From Malacoraja senta (taxonomy: Eukaryota): a DNA stretch of 64,000 nt. Below are positions 48,908 to 61,850 of the stretch, piece by piece (positions within the stretch are counted from its first letter, which is position 1; each line of letters begins with the position of its first letter). The notes beneath the pieces were generated by a model. It did not search any database and was not told where the DNA came from. It worked only from the letters and a program-made list of their open reading frames with translations. The translations under genes were made by a program, and so were the position numbers. The stretch covers positions 45,694,001 through 45,758,000 of the forward strand of contig CM075979.1 of NCBI GenBank assembly GCA_038087875.1, given 5' to 3'.

Positions 48908-50289
48908 TAGATAACTAAAAGTCTTCGTCTTGTTTGTGCCCACGATGTGTTTCTGCCTGTGTCTCTGTGTCAATCTGATTAATTCCTATCTTCTTCCAAC
49001 GCTAGGCCACAGCCTTCCCATTTTCACACATCCTACTCACATTTTTCCCGTGGTGGCGATAAACATCTTCCTGTTTTCCACCTATATTTCCGAAGTTATT
49101 CGCGATTACAGCTTTAAAAATGCCAACTTTAACTACATTTTATACTGTCAAACTCTTTTCTCCCAGCTTCCAACACACATCGATACAAGTTGCATGACAG
49201 GAACACTCTCAATTCCACCATAATGGGATATTTCAACAGGAGGGGGAGAGCCAAATGCTATTGCAATTGGAACTGCTGCAGCAGGCAAGGGAGGTGCAAT
49301 TGGATTTTTTTTTCAAGTCCACTGCTGAGGGAGGCAGGTGAGTGCTGAAATCTTACGTTCAGGAACGCCTTCAGTTGCGTTGGGGGAACGGTGAGTGGTG
49401 GAATATTGTGTTGGGGGAGCAGACCTAACGGGTCTTCACTTGGTCTAGTTTCAACTAAAATTATATTTCAGCAACATGTGAATTGCACAAATTATAAGAA
49501 ATATTTTGAACCAATATAACAACCATACTATATTTCTAAAACATAATTTTATAAAATAATGTTACTGGTATCCTCGATATATTCCTGCAGTATTAATTAT
49601 GTATTGTTCCTCAAACTCAAGTAGAATAGGAAGATACAGAGTGCAGAATCAGTTCCAGAGACAAAGTCCAATGTCCGCAATGGGGTAGAGGTGAATCCTC
49701 TGGTACCCCAGCTTATGGAAGGATCATTGAGAAGCCTGATCACAGAGGGGAAGTAGCTGTTCCTCAGTCTGGTGCTGCGCACTTTCAATCTTCTGTACCT
49801 TCTGTAAGTGGGATCCCATAGAAATAGTGTGAATGGGTAAGAGTTGGTCAGCGTGGACTTTGTGGGCCGAAGGGCCTGTTTCCATGCTGTATCCACTCCC
49901 GCACCCTTGTCTCCCTTCCTGACGCTTCAAGTCCCACCACGAACAGTAGCTCTGAACTGCTGCAGCTCAATATCCCGGACCCTGCCCCCACTTCCATCCC
50001 CCCCTCCACCCCAAACTGCAGCCTCAGTATCAAACTACAGATGCTGTAATCCTGAGCAATGCACAAAGTGCATCTGAAACTCAGAAGGTCAGACAGCGTC
50101 TGTGGAGGGAATGGACAGAAGACGTTTCGGGTCGAGAACGTCACTTGTCCATTCCATCCACAGATGCTGCCTGACCCGCTGAGTTCCTCCAGCACTTTGA
50201 TTTGTGTACAATATTCTACAGAATGTAATTTATACTAAGTTACTAATTTATTCCACTGATCAGACTGTTTCATTCCCTCTGGAATTAGC

Positions 50290-51215
50290 ACAAGGTTTCA
50301 GGTCGGAACCTTTCTTCAGACTAATTGTAATAGTGGGGTGAAAGCTTGAAAAGAAAGTTGGGTTGGGACAAAGCCAGGCAAGTGATAGGTGGATACAAGT
50401 GTGGGAGGGGAGTGAGTGGCAGATGGGTGGAGTGGGTGACAAAGGCCCAAGCCACCCCCTCCCCAGCTACTTACCCCTGCAACTGCAGGAGATGCAACAC
50501 CTGGCCCTTTACCTCCCCCTTCAACTCCAAGGACCCCTACAGTATTTTCAGGTGAGGCAGAGGTTCACTTGCACCTCCTCAAACCTCATCTACTGTATCT
50601 GCTGTTCCAGGTGTGGACTCGTGGTGCATATCGGCGAGACCAACCGAAGGCTCAGTGATCATTTCATTGAACACCTCCACTCAGTCTGCTTAGACCTAAG
50701 CAATCTCCAGGTTGCTAAACACTTTAACTCTCCCTCCTATTCTCACACTGACCTTTCTGTCCTGGGCCTCCTCCATTGTCAGAGTGAGGACCAACGCAAA
50801 TTGGAGTAACAGCGCGTCATATTTTGCTTGGGCAGCTTACACTCCAGTAGTATGAATATTGACTTCTTCAAATAACCCTTGCTTTCCCTCTCACCCCGTC
50901 CCTCCCCCACCCTGGTTCTTTGATTAGTTTCACTGTCCTGATTAATTTGACTGATTGTATGCTTCGTTGTCACCTTCCCCTCAGCGAACAATGAACAATG
51001 AACCATTCTACATTTCCTTATCATCTGCTTTCATCTGTCATTTTCTCACCTTACCCTTCCATATCTCTCCCCTGACTCTCAGTCTGAAGAAGGGTCTGTA
51101 CCCGAAACGTCACCTATTTCTTCTCTCCAGAGATGCTGCCTTTCCTGCTGAGTTACTCCAGCATTTTTTTTGTGTCTATCTTCAGTGTATACCAGCATTT
51201 GCAGTTCCTTCCTAC
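50290..51215 (+). mobile_element. Penelope-like element, paralogous copy with intact 3' terminal unit
   Basis: ORF 50363-50809 NLIYCICCSRCGLVVHIGETNRRLSDHFIEH, followed by 3' UTR and the hammerhead-like terminal unit. Confidence 0.8.
51078..51116 (+). ncRNA. Putative minimal type I hammerhead ribozyme in the Penelope 3' end
   Basis: CTGAAGA (51084-51090), A, stem II GGGT-ctgt-ACCC, GAAAC, GTC. Stem III reduced to palindromic ACGT; stem I weak. Confidence 0.5.
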
Positions 51216-51234
51216 AAGTTGAGAGGTCATAGAA

Positions 51235-52890
51235 ACATAGAACATAGAAACATAGAAAAATAGGTGCAGGAGTAGGCCATTCGGCCCTTCGAGCCAGCAC
51301 TGCCATTCAATATGATTATGGCTTATCATCTAAAATCAGTACCCCGTTCCTGCTTTTTCCCCATCATCCTCGATTCCTTTAGCCCTTAGAGCTAAATCTA
51401 ACTCTTTCTTGAAAACATCCATTGAATTGGCCTCCACTGGCTTCTGTGGCAGAGAATTCCATAGATTCACAACTCTCTGGGTAAAAACGTTTTCCTCATC
51501 TCAGTCCTAAATAGCCTACCCATTACTTAAACTGTGAGCCCTGGTTCTGGACTTCCCCAACATAGGGAACAGGTGCAGTTATATAAGATGACAGTGAGGC
51601 AGCATTTACAACATTGTGTTCAGTTCTGGGCACCATGTTATAGGAAAGATGGTGTCAAGCTGGAATGGGTATGGAGAAGATTTACGAGGACGTTGCCAGG
51701 ACTCGACGGTGTGAGCTATAGGGACAGGTTAAACAGGCTGGTACTCTATTCCTTGGAGCGCAGGAGGATGAGGGGTGAACTTGTAGAGGTGTATATAACC
51801 ATGAGGCATAGAAAGGGTAGATGCATGGAGCAGGGGTATCAGGGGTATCGAGGACAATAGACAATAGACAATAGGTGCAGGAGTAGGCCATTCGGCCCTT
51901 CGAGCCATTCAATGTGATCATGGCTGATCATCCCCAATCAGTACCCCGTTCCTGCCTTCTCCCCATATCCCCTAACTCCGCTATCTTTAAGAGCCTTATC
52001 TAGCTCTCTCTTGAAAGCATCCAGAGAACCTGCCTCAATCACCCTCTGAGGCAGAGAATTCCACACACTCACAACCCTCTGTGAGAAAAAGTGTTTCCTC
52101 GTCTCCGTTCTAAATGGCTTACTCCTTATTCTTAAACTGTGGCCCCTGGTTCTGGACTCCCCCAACGTCGGGAACACGTTTCCTGCCTCTAGCTTGTCCA
52201 AGCCCTTAACAATCTTATATGTTTCAATGAGATACCCTCTCATCCTTCTAAACTCCTGAGTGTACAAACCCAGCTGCTCCATTCTCTCAGCATATGACAG
52301 TCCCGCCATCCCGGGAATTAACCGTGTAAACCTACGCTGCACTCCCTCAATAGCAAGAATGTCCTTCCTCAAATTAGGGGACCAAAACTGCACACAATAC
52401 TCCAGGTGTGGTCTCACTAGGGCTCTGTACAACTGCAGAAGGACCTCTTTGCTCCTATAGTCGATTCCTCTTGTTATAAAGGCCAACGTGCCATTCGCTT
52501 TCTTCACTGCCTGCTGTACCTGCATGCTTACTTTCATAGACTGATGTACAAGGACCCCCGTTGTACTTCCCCTTTTCCCAACTTGACGCCATTTAGATAG
52601 TAATCTGCCTTCCTGTTATTTGCTACCAAAGTGGATAACCTCACATTTAGCCACATTAAAACTTCATCTGCCATGCATGTGGCCACTCCCACAACCTGTC
52701 CAAGTCACCCTGCATTCTCATAGCATCCTCCTCACAGTTCACACTGCCACCCCAGCTTTGTGTCATCTGCAAGTTTGCTAATGTTACTTTTGAATCCCTT
52801 CATCCAAATCATTGATGTATATTGTAAATAGCTGCGGTCCCAGCACCGAGCCTTGCAGTACCCCACTAGTCACTGCCTGCCATTCTGAAC
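51235..52890. mobile_element. CR1 fragments, mostly minus strand
   Basis: ORF 51938-52537 (-) QVQQAVKKANG...[13 protein letters not shown]. Confidence 0.85.
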
Positions 52891-53341
52891 CAGAGGACAT
52901 AGGTGTAAGGTGAAGGGGGAAAAAATTAATAGTAATCAGAGCTGTCGAAGGAGGTCGTTGAGGCAGGGACTATCGTTACGTTTAAGAAAACCAATTAGAC
53001 AGGAACATGGATCGACATTTCGTTTGGACCTCAACGGGGGTCCAATGTCAAATTTGTCCAAAAGACAAAGAAATTGTATTGTATCGGACAGGGTTGGAGG
53101 GATTTGGCCAAATACAGGCAGGTGGGACTAGTGAAACTGGGACATGTTGGCCGGTTTGGGCAAGTTGGGCCGAAATGTGTGTTTTCACACTGACTCTATG
53201 CTGAGTTACTCAGCACTGTGTGTCAGTGTGTATCTGTGTTATTGATCAGGGCCACCTCGATAGACGTCTAGTCCCACCGATGTAATCAATAAATATCCAA
53301 AGCCAGCGGATGTACAGACGGGAAACAACGCGAGGGACCAC

Positions 53342-53353
53342 GAAAACGAAAGT
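53342..53353 (+). promoter_or_regulatory. ISRE/IRF-binding element (paralogue)
   Basis: Identical GAAAACGAAAGT upstream of ATG 53370, despite indels immediately 5' of it. Confidence 0.65.
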
Positions 53354-53369
53354 AATTAATCTCTGCAAG

Positions 53370-53498
53370 ATGGTGGCGGGGCAGGGCGCTGGCTGCGGCC
53401 GGACGAGGACTGTCTTGGGGCTGAGGGGCTGCTGCGTCTCTTCGCGAACCCGGCTACCGACCCTGTTACTGGGCGCTGGCGTGGCTGCTACCCGCGGC
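53370..53498 (+). pseudogene. Exon 1 of downstream paralogue with +1 frameshift (pseudogenised or sequencing error)
   Basis: Near-identical to 6033-6162, but GGG at 53471-53473 versus GG shifts LALAWLLPAA to GAGVAATRG; runs into an N gap before the donor. Confidence 0.6.
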
Positions 53499-55029
53499 NN
53501 NNNNNNNNNNNNNNNNNNNNNNNNNNNNNNNNNNNNNNNNNNNNNNNNNNNNNNNNNNNNNNNNNNNNNNNNNNNNNNNNNNNNNNNNNNNNNNNNNNNN
53601 NNNNNNNNNNNNNNNNNNNNNNNNNNNNNNNNNNNNNNNNNNNNNNNNNNNNNNNNNNNNNNNNNNNNNNNNNNNNNNNNNNNNNNNNNNNNNNNNNNNN
53701 NNNNNNNNNNNNNNNNNNNNNNNNNNNNNNNNNNNNNNNNNNNNNNNNNNNNNNNNNNNNNNNNNNTCCCTGCAAGTTGCACTTTCCAATCAACCATAAA
53801 AAGTCGATGGCATCTGCTTATCCTTTGCAATGCTGACAATGGGCTGGCCCTTTGCAGAGTGCAGTCCTTGCAGTTTCAAATGTGACCATTGAAGCTCAAA
53901 GAGCCGCGCCCAAAAACGGTGTCCAGAAAAGTCTGGCGGGTTATATAATGTACTGTAATCATCGTTTGATTTGTTTTTGCTAAGTAGATATATTTGGTGA
54001 AGGAGTGGAGATATTTTAGACGTGTGAAAGAATACTAAAAGAACTAAGAACTACTAAAACAGGGCGATCTGTCACATGAGTTACTCCAGCATTTTGCGTC
54101 TGTTTTCTCCACCTAGTTGACTGACACTGGCCTAAACTGGTCCTCCTGTAGAAACACGGAATTGCAGATGCTGCTTTACCGAGGAAAGACACAGAGTGCT
54201 TGAGTACATAGATACAGATACATAGACAACAGGTGCAGGAGTAGGCCATTCGTGCCTTCAAGCCAGCACCGCCATTCAATGTGATCATGGCTGATCATCC
54301 ATAATCAGTACCCCGTTCATGCCTTCTCCCATGTCCCCTGATTCCGCCAGCCCTAAGAGCTCTATCTAACTCTTTTGAATGCATCCAGTGAATCGGCCTC
54401 CACTCCACTGCCATCTGAGGCAGAGAATTCCACAAATTCACAACTCTCTGGATGAAAAGTTTTTCCTCATAATCTTAAACTGTGGCCCCTGGTTCTGGAC
54501 TCCCCCAACATTGAGAACATGTTTCCTGCATCTAGCGTGTCCAATCCCATAATAATTTTATATGTTATCTATAACATCCTTCTAAATTCCAGTGAGTACA
54601 AGCCCAGTCGCTCCATTCTTTCATCATAAGTCAGTCACGCCATCCCGGGAGTTAACGTCGTGAACCTACGCTGCATTCCCTCAATAGCAAGAAAGGTCGT
54701 TCCTCAAATTAGGAGACCAAAACTGCACACAATACTCCAGGTGTGGTCTCTCCAGGACCCCGACTGGGAGTCAGGAGACAGCAAACTAGCGATATGGAAG
54801 GGTAAAGGTGTAAAACGACAGATCAAAGCAGATGTTAAGGGAATGTAGAATGGTTCTACATTACAATGTAGAATGTCTACCTGTCCCCTTACTCTCAGTC
54901 TGATGAAGGGTCTCAACCCAAAACGTCACCCAAAACTTCTCTCCAGAGATGCTGCCTGTCCCGCTGAGTTACTCCAGCTTTTTGTATCTATAGTGTAAAC
55001 CAACATCTGCAGTTCCTTCCTACAAATCT

Positions 55030-58000
55030 CTGGAGAGATTTGTTGGGAGTACTCAACATATAGGTACCAATGACATAGGTAGAAAAAGAGAAGATTTCCT
55101 GAAAGGAGAATTTAGGGAGTTAGGAGGAGAGTTAAAAAGAAGGACCGCAAAGGTAACAATCTCGGGATTACTGCCTGTGCCACGCGACAGTGAGAGTAGG
55201 AATGGAGCGAGGTGGAGGATAAATGCGTGGCTGAAGGACTGGTGCAGAAGGCAGCGATTCAAGTTTCTGGATCATTGGGACCTCTTTTGTGGAAGGTGCG
55301 ACCTGTACAAAAAGGATGGGTTGCACTTGAACCCGAGGGGGACCAATATCCTGGCGGGGAGATTTGCAAAGGCTACTGGGGAGACTTTAAACTAGAACGG
55401 TTGGGGGGAGGGACTCAAATAGAGAAAGCTAGTAGACAGGGTGTGAGGCAGGAGGCAGAGAAGGGAAGCACTCAGACCCAACATGTAGGGGGGAAAGAAG
55501 AAAACAATAATAAACAGAGAATAAGAGGTGGCGGGGTTCTTAAATGTGTGAGCAGAGAGACAGAGGGGTGTAAAATGGGGGTAAAAGCAATAGGTAGCAA
55601 GGTGAAAAGAAAAAGTAGCAGGCAGACAAATCCAGGGCAAAAATCAAACAGGGCCACTTTTCAACAAATTTGTATAAGGGGTAAGAGCGTTGTAAAAACA
55701 AGCCTGAATGCTTTGTGTCTCAATGCAAGGAGCATTCGTAATAAGGTAGATGAGTTGAATGTGCAGATAGCAATTAATGATTATGATATAGTTGGGATCA
55801 CGGAGACATGGCTCCAGGGTGACCAAGGCTGGGAGCTGAACATCCAGGGATATTCAATATTCAGGAGGGATAGAGAGAAAGGAAAAGGAGGTGGGGTAGC
55901 GTTGCTGGTTAGAGAGGAGATTAACGCAATGGAAAGGAAGGACATTAGCTTGGAGGATGTGGAATCGATATGGGTAGAGCTGCGAAACACTAAGGGGCAG
56001 AAAACGCTAGTGGGTGTTGTGTACAGGCCACCTAGCAGTAGTAGTGGTTGGGGATGGCATCAAACAGGAAATTAGAAATGCGTGCAACAAAGGTAAAACA
56101 GTTATAATGGGTGACTTCAATCTACATATAGATTGGGTGAATCAAATTGGCAGGGGTGCTGAGGAAGAGGATTTCTTGGAATGTATGCGGGATAGTTTTC
56201 TAAACCAACATGTAGAGGAACCAACGAGAGAGCAGGCTATTCTAGACTGTGTATTAAGTAATGAGGAAGTGTTAGTTAGCAGTCTTGTTGTGCGTGCCCC
56301 CTTGGGCAAGAGTGACCATAATATGGTTGAGTTCTTCATTAGGATGGAGAGTGACATGGTTAATTCAGAAACAATGGTTCTGAACTTAAAGAAAGGTAAC
56401 TTTGAGGGTATGAGACGTGAATTGGCCAAGATTGACTGGCAATTAGTTCTAAAAGGGTTGACGGTGGATATGCAATGGAAGGCATTTAAAGACTGCATGG
56501 ATGAACTACAAAAATTGTTCATCCCAGTTTGGCAAAAGAATAAATCAGGGAAGGTAGTGCATCCGTGGATAACAAGGGAAATCAGGGAGAGCATCAAAGC
56601 AAAAGATGAAGCGTACAAATTAGCCAGAAAAAGCAGCCGACCAGAGGAATGGGCGAAATTCAGAGACCAGCAGAGGAGGACAAAGGGCTTAATTAGGAAA
56701 GGGAAAATAGATTATGAAAGAAAACTGGCAGGGAACATTAAAACTGGCTGCAAATGTTTTTATAGATATGTGAAGAGAAAGAGATTAGTTGAAACAAATG
56801 TAGGTCCCTTGCAGTCAGAAACAGGTGAATTGATCATGGGGAACAAGGACATGCCGGACCAATTGAATAACTACTTTGGTTCTGTCTTCACTAAGGAAGA
56901 CATAAATAATCTGCCGGAAATAGCAGGGGACCGCGGGTCAAAGGAGATGGAGGAACTGAGTGAAATCCAGGTGAGCCGGGAAGTGGTGTTAGGTAAAATG
57001 AATGGATTAAAGGCCGATAAATCCCCAGGGCCAGATAGGCTGCATCCCAGAGTACTTAAGGAAGTAGCTCCAGAAATAGTGGATGCATTAGTGATAATTT
57101 CCAAAACTCTTTAGATTCTGGAGTAGTTCCTGAGGATTGGAGGGTAGCTAATGTAACCCCACTTTTTAAAAAGGGAGGGAGAGGGAAAACGGGGAATTAC
57201 AGACCAGTTAGTCTAACATCGGTAGTGGGGAAACTGCTAGAGTCAGTTATTAAAAATGGGATAGCAGCACATTTGAAAAGTCGTGAAATCATTGGACAAA
57301 GTCAGCATGGATTTACGAAAGGTAAATCGTGTCTGACGAATCTTATAGAATTTTTCGAGGATGTAACTAGTAGAGTGGATAGGGGAGAACCAGTGGATGT
57401 GTTATATCTGGACTTTCAGAAGGCTTTCGACAAGGTCCCACATAAGAGATTAGTATACAAACTTAAAACACACGGTATTGGGGGTTCAGTATTGATGTGG
57501 ATAGAGAACTGGCTGGCAAACAGGAAGAAAAGAGTAGGAGTAAACGGGTCCTTTTCAGAATGGCAGGCAGTGACTAGTGGGGTACCGCAAGGCTCAGTGC
57601 TGGGACCCCAGCTATTTACAATATATATTAATGATTTGGACGAGGGAATTGAATGCAACATCTCCAAGTTTGCGGATGACACTAAGCTGGGGGGCAGTGT
57701 TAGCTGTGAGGAGGATGCTAGGAGGCTGCAAGGCGACTTGGATAGGCTGGGTGAGTGGGCAAATGCATGGCAGATGCAGTATAATGTGGATAAATGTGAG
57801 GTTATCCACTTTGGTGGCAAAAACAGGAACGCAGACTATTATCTAAATGGTGGCCGATTAGGAAAAGGGGAGATGCAACGAGACCTGGGTGTCATGGTAC
57901 ACCAGTCATTGAAAGTAGGCATGCAGGTGCAGCAGGCAGTGAAGAAAGCAAATGGTATGTTAGCATTCATAGCAAAAGGATTTGAATATAGGAGCAGGGA

Positions 58001-58607
58001 GGTTCTAGTGCAGTTGTACAGGGTCTTGGTGAGACCACACCTGGAGTATTGCGTACAGTTTTGGTCTCCTAATCTGAGGAAAGACATTATTGCCATAGAG
58101 GGAGTACAGAGAAGGTTCACCAGACTGATTCCTGGGATGTCAGGACTTTCATATGAAGAAAGACTGGATAGACTCGGCTTGTACTCGCTAGAATTTAGGA
58201 GATTGAGGGGGGATCTTATAGAAACGTACAAAATTCTCAAGGGGTTGGACAGGTTAGATGCAGGAAGATTGTTCCCGATGTTGGGGAAGTCCAGGACACG
58301 GGGTCACAGCTTAAGGATAGAGGGGAAAACCTTTAGTACCGAGATGAGAAAAACTTTTTTCACACAGAGAGTGGTGAATCTCTGGAACTCTCTGCCACAG
58401 AAGGTAGTTGAGGCCAGTTCATTGGCTATATTTAAGAGGGAGTTAGATGTGGCCCTTGTGGCTAAGGGGATCAGGGGGTATGGAGAGAAGGCAGGTACGG
58501 GATACTGAGTTGGATGATCAGCCATGATCATATTGAATGGCGGTGCAGGCTCGAAGGGCCGAATGGCCTACTCCTGCATCTATTTTCTATGTTTCTATGT
58601 TTCTATG
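55030..58607 (+). mobile_element. CR1 LINE truncated within ORF1, ORF2 nearly intact
   Basis: GTNDIG esterase remnant; EN and RT in ORFs 55212-58508 with few frameshifts; (TTTCTATG)n tail. Confidence 0.93.
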
Positions 58608-60924
58608 AGACCATGGATGGGTGATGTTTTGGGTTGGGACCCTTCTTCAGACAAGTGGGGGGTGGAGAGAATGCTGAATGAGAGGAGGTGCAAGCCAAAG
58701 CAAATGTTAGTCAAAGGCCAGAGATGAAAAGACAGAAGGTGTGAGACAAGTTGAGGTGGGGCAGAGGGGAAGGGTGGGGGAGAAGGGAGGGGTATGGGGG
58801 TTTGGTTACTTACAATTGAAGAATTCAATGTTCATATGACGTGCTGTTTCTCCAGCTCGCATTTGGACCAACTCGTCCATGATGCCCCATCTACTCTAGT
58901 CCCAATTGCCTGCGTTTGGACCATATCGCTCTGAACCTTACTTATCCATGTACCTGTCCATGGATATGGTATCTCAGTATATCTGTTATACTCAGCTACT
59001 CCAGCAATGTGATTCTATCTTCACACAACCAGTTTTACTCTGTTTGAAAGCGGCAGTAGTGGTTTGTTACAATACCACCGTGGTGTAGGACTAGAGTCGG
59101 GCACAGACAAGCAAGACTGAGTACAGTGTCTCTTCATGAAGAGCATTAGTCAACCATTTGTGCTTTCCTGACAGTATTGCAGCTTTTGCAGTCAGTATAT
59201 CGTTTTCCAACCTTCTGGTCATTAACCCTGTTTCAGTTCCACATTTGCAATGACAGTTTAGTTTTTTTGCTTAGTTTAGAGATTCGGCATGGAAGCAGGC
59301 TCTTCAGCCCACCGAGTCCGCAATGACCAGTGATCCCCGCACACTAACACTACCCGACTACGCAATTTACATTTACACCAAACCAATTAACCTACAAACC
59401 TGTACGTCTCTGCAGGTCACGGGGAGAACGTACGAACTACCGTACAGACAGCACCCGTAGTCGGGATCGAACCTGGGTCTCTGGTGCTGGAGGCAGTAAC
59501 TCTACCATTGCTCCACTGGGCTGCCCTAAATGTGGTGGGGGGGGGGGGGAATTGGCAGATATGTGGAAAAAGGCTGGAGGTAAAAGCAAGACAAAAGCCA
59601 GGTCATTGGTGGACAGGGAAATTGGAGATTTCAATTTCCATTGAGGAATGGTCTCGACCCAAAACGTTGCCTATCCATGTTCTCCAGAGATGCTGTCTGA
59701 CCGGCTGAGTACTCCAGCACTTTGTGGGAGTTTTTTTGTAAACCAGCATCTGCAGTTCCTTGAGTCTTAATGTTCATACCGCTGGGTTGCAAGTTATCCA
59801 AGTTTTATTTATGAAGTGCTCGTCCACTAGTTTGCCAGCGGCTGCTGCTGGCTTTGTTCCCAGATAAACCATATCCTGCATCACCAGTGGAGTCTGTTGC
59901 ATGTCCACTTAGAGTCATAGCGTCACACAGCATGGAAACAGGCCCTTCGGCCCAATCTATCATGCCTACCAACATGCCCATCTACACTAGTCCCACCTGC
60001 CTGCGTTTGGCCCATATCCCTCTAAACATGTCCTATCCATGTACCTGTCATATGTTTCTTAAATGTCGTGATAGCACCTGCCTCAACTACCTCCTCCTAC
60101 TGCTCGTTCCATACACCCACCACCCTTAGTGTAAAATAAAAAGATCCCCCTCCGATTCCTATTAAACCTTTCCCCCTCACCTTAAACCCATGTCCTCTGG
60201 TTCTTTATTCCCCAACTCTGAGCAAAAGAGTCTGTGAATTTACTTGATCTATTCCTCCCATGATTATTACACCTCTATAATATCACCGCTCATCCTCCTG
60301 CGCACCAAGGAATAAAGTCCTAGCCTGCTCAACCTCTTGCATTTCTTGAACAGAGGTAAAACCATCTGAACTAGATCTTCTACTTCCTGACCAACAGACC
60401 ACAATCAGTGGGGATCGGTGACAAATCATTCACTACGATAACCCTCAACACTGGCGCCCTGCATGGATGTGTTCTCAGCCCCCTTCTATAATCTTTATGC
60501 ACTCACGACTGTGTAGCCAAATACCAATTAGGGCCAGCATGGTGGCGCAGTGGTAGAGTTGCATTGCTTTACAACACTTACAGCGGCAGAGACCCGGGTT
60601 CAATCCTGACTACATGTGCTGTCTATACAGAGTTTGTACGTTCTCCCCGTGACCGCGTGGGTTTTCCCCCGAGATCTTTGGATTTCTTCCCACACTCCAA
60701 ACACATACAAGTTTTCAGTTGAATTTGCTTGGCAGAGCTCGAAATTAACGGTTGCCCGGGTGCCAATGGCCACCTAAAGTCCTGCCGGGCAACCTAAAAG
60801 CCAAGTCATTTTGCCCGGCTTGGCAAGCGAAGGAAAGCTTGGCTAATGTGGGACAGGCCCTTTAAGGGAACAACAGCAACAGAACAATTTAGCAAATTTA
60901 GCAACAGCAACAGAACAAACTAGC

Positions 60925-61850
60925 AAATTTGCAGATGACACAAAGCTGGGTGGCAGTGTGAACTGTGAGGAATATGCTATGAGGATGCAAGGTGACTCTG
61001 ACAGGTTGGGGGAGTGGGCAGATGCATGGCAGATGAAGTTTAATGTGGATAAATGTGAGGGTTATCCACTTTGGTAGCAAAAACAATAAGGCAGATTACT
61101 ATCTAAATGGCGTCAAGTTGGGAAAAGGGGAAGTACAACGGATCTGGGTGTCCTTGTTCATCAGTCTATGAAAGTAAGCATGCAGGTACAGCAGGCAGTG
61201 AAGAAAGCGAATAGCATGTTGGCTTTTATAACAAGAGGGGTCGAGTATAGGAGCAAAGAGGTCCTTCTGCAGTTGTAAGAGCCCTAGTGAGACCACACCT
61301 GGGGTATTGTGTGCAGTTTTGGTCCCCTAATTTGAGGAAGGACATTCTTGCTATTGAGGGAGTGTAGCGTAGGTTTACAAGGTTAATTCCCGGGATGGCT
61401 GGGACTGTCATATGCTGAGAGAATGGCGCAGCTGGGCTTGTACACTCTGGAGTTTGGAAGGATGAGAGGATATCTTATTGAAATTATATAAGATTGGTAA
61501 GGGTTTGGACACGCTAGAGGCAGGAAACGTGTTCCCGATGTTGGGGGAGTCCAGAACCAGGGGCCCACAGTTTAAGAATAAGGGGTAAGCCATTTAGAAT
61601 GGAGACGAGGAACCACTTATTCTCACAGAGTGTTGTGAGCCTGTGGAATTCTCTGCCTGGGTGGTGGAGGCAGGTTCTCTGTCTCTGGATACTTTCAAGA
61701 TAGAGATAGATAGGGCTCTCTTAAAGATAGCGGAATATGGGGAGAAGGCAGGAACGGGGTACTGATTGGGGATGATCAGCCATGATCACATTGAATGGTG
61801 GTGCTGGCTCGAAGGGCCGAATGGCCTACTCCTGCACATATTGTCTGTGT
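60925..61850 (+). mobile_element. 5'-truncated CR1 LINE
   Basis: Starts at KFADDTK; standard CR1 3' UTR. Confidence 0.85.

Larger units (their letters stand above)
37574..58577 (+). repeat. Segmental duplication copy B, expanded by L1, Helitron and CR1 sequence
   Basis: Same anchors as copy A, with extra insertions at 38509-46754 and 46904-48420 and longer CR1 pieces. Confidence 0.9.
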
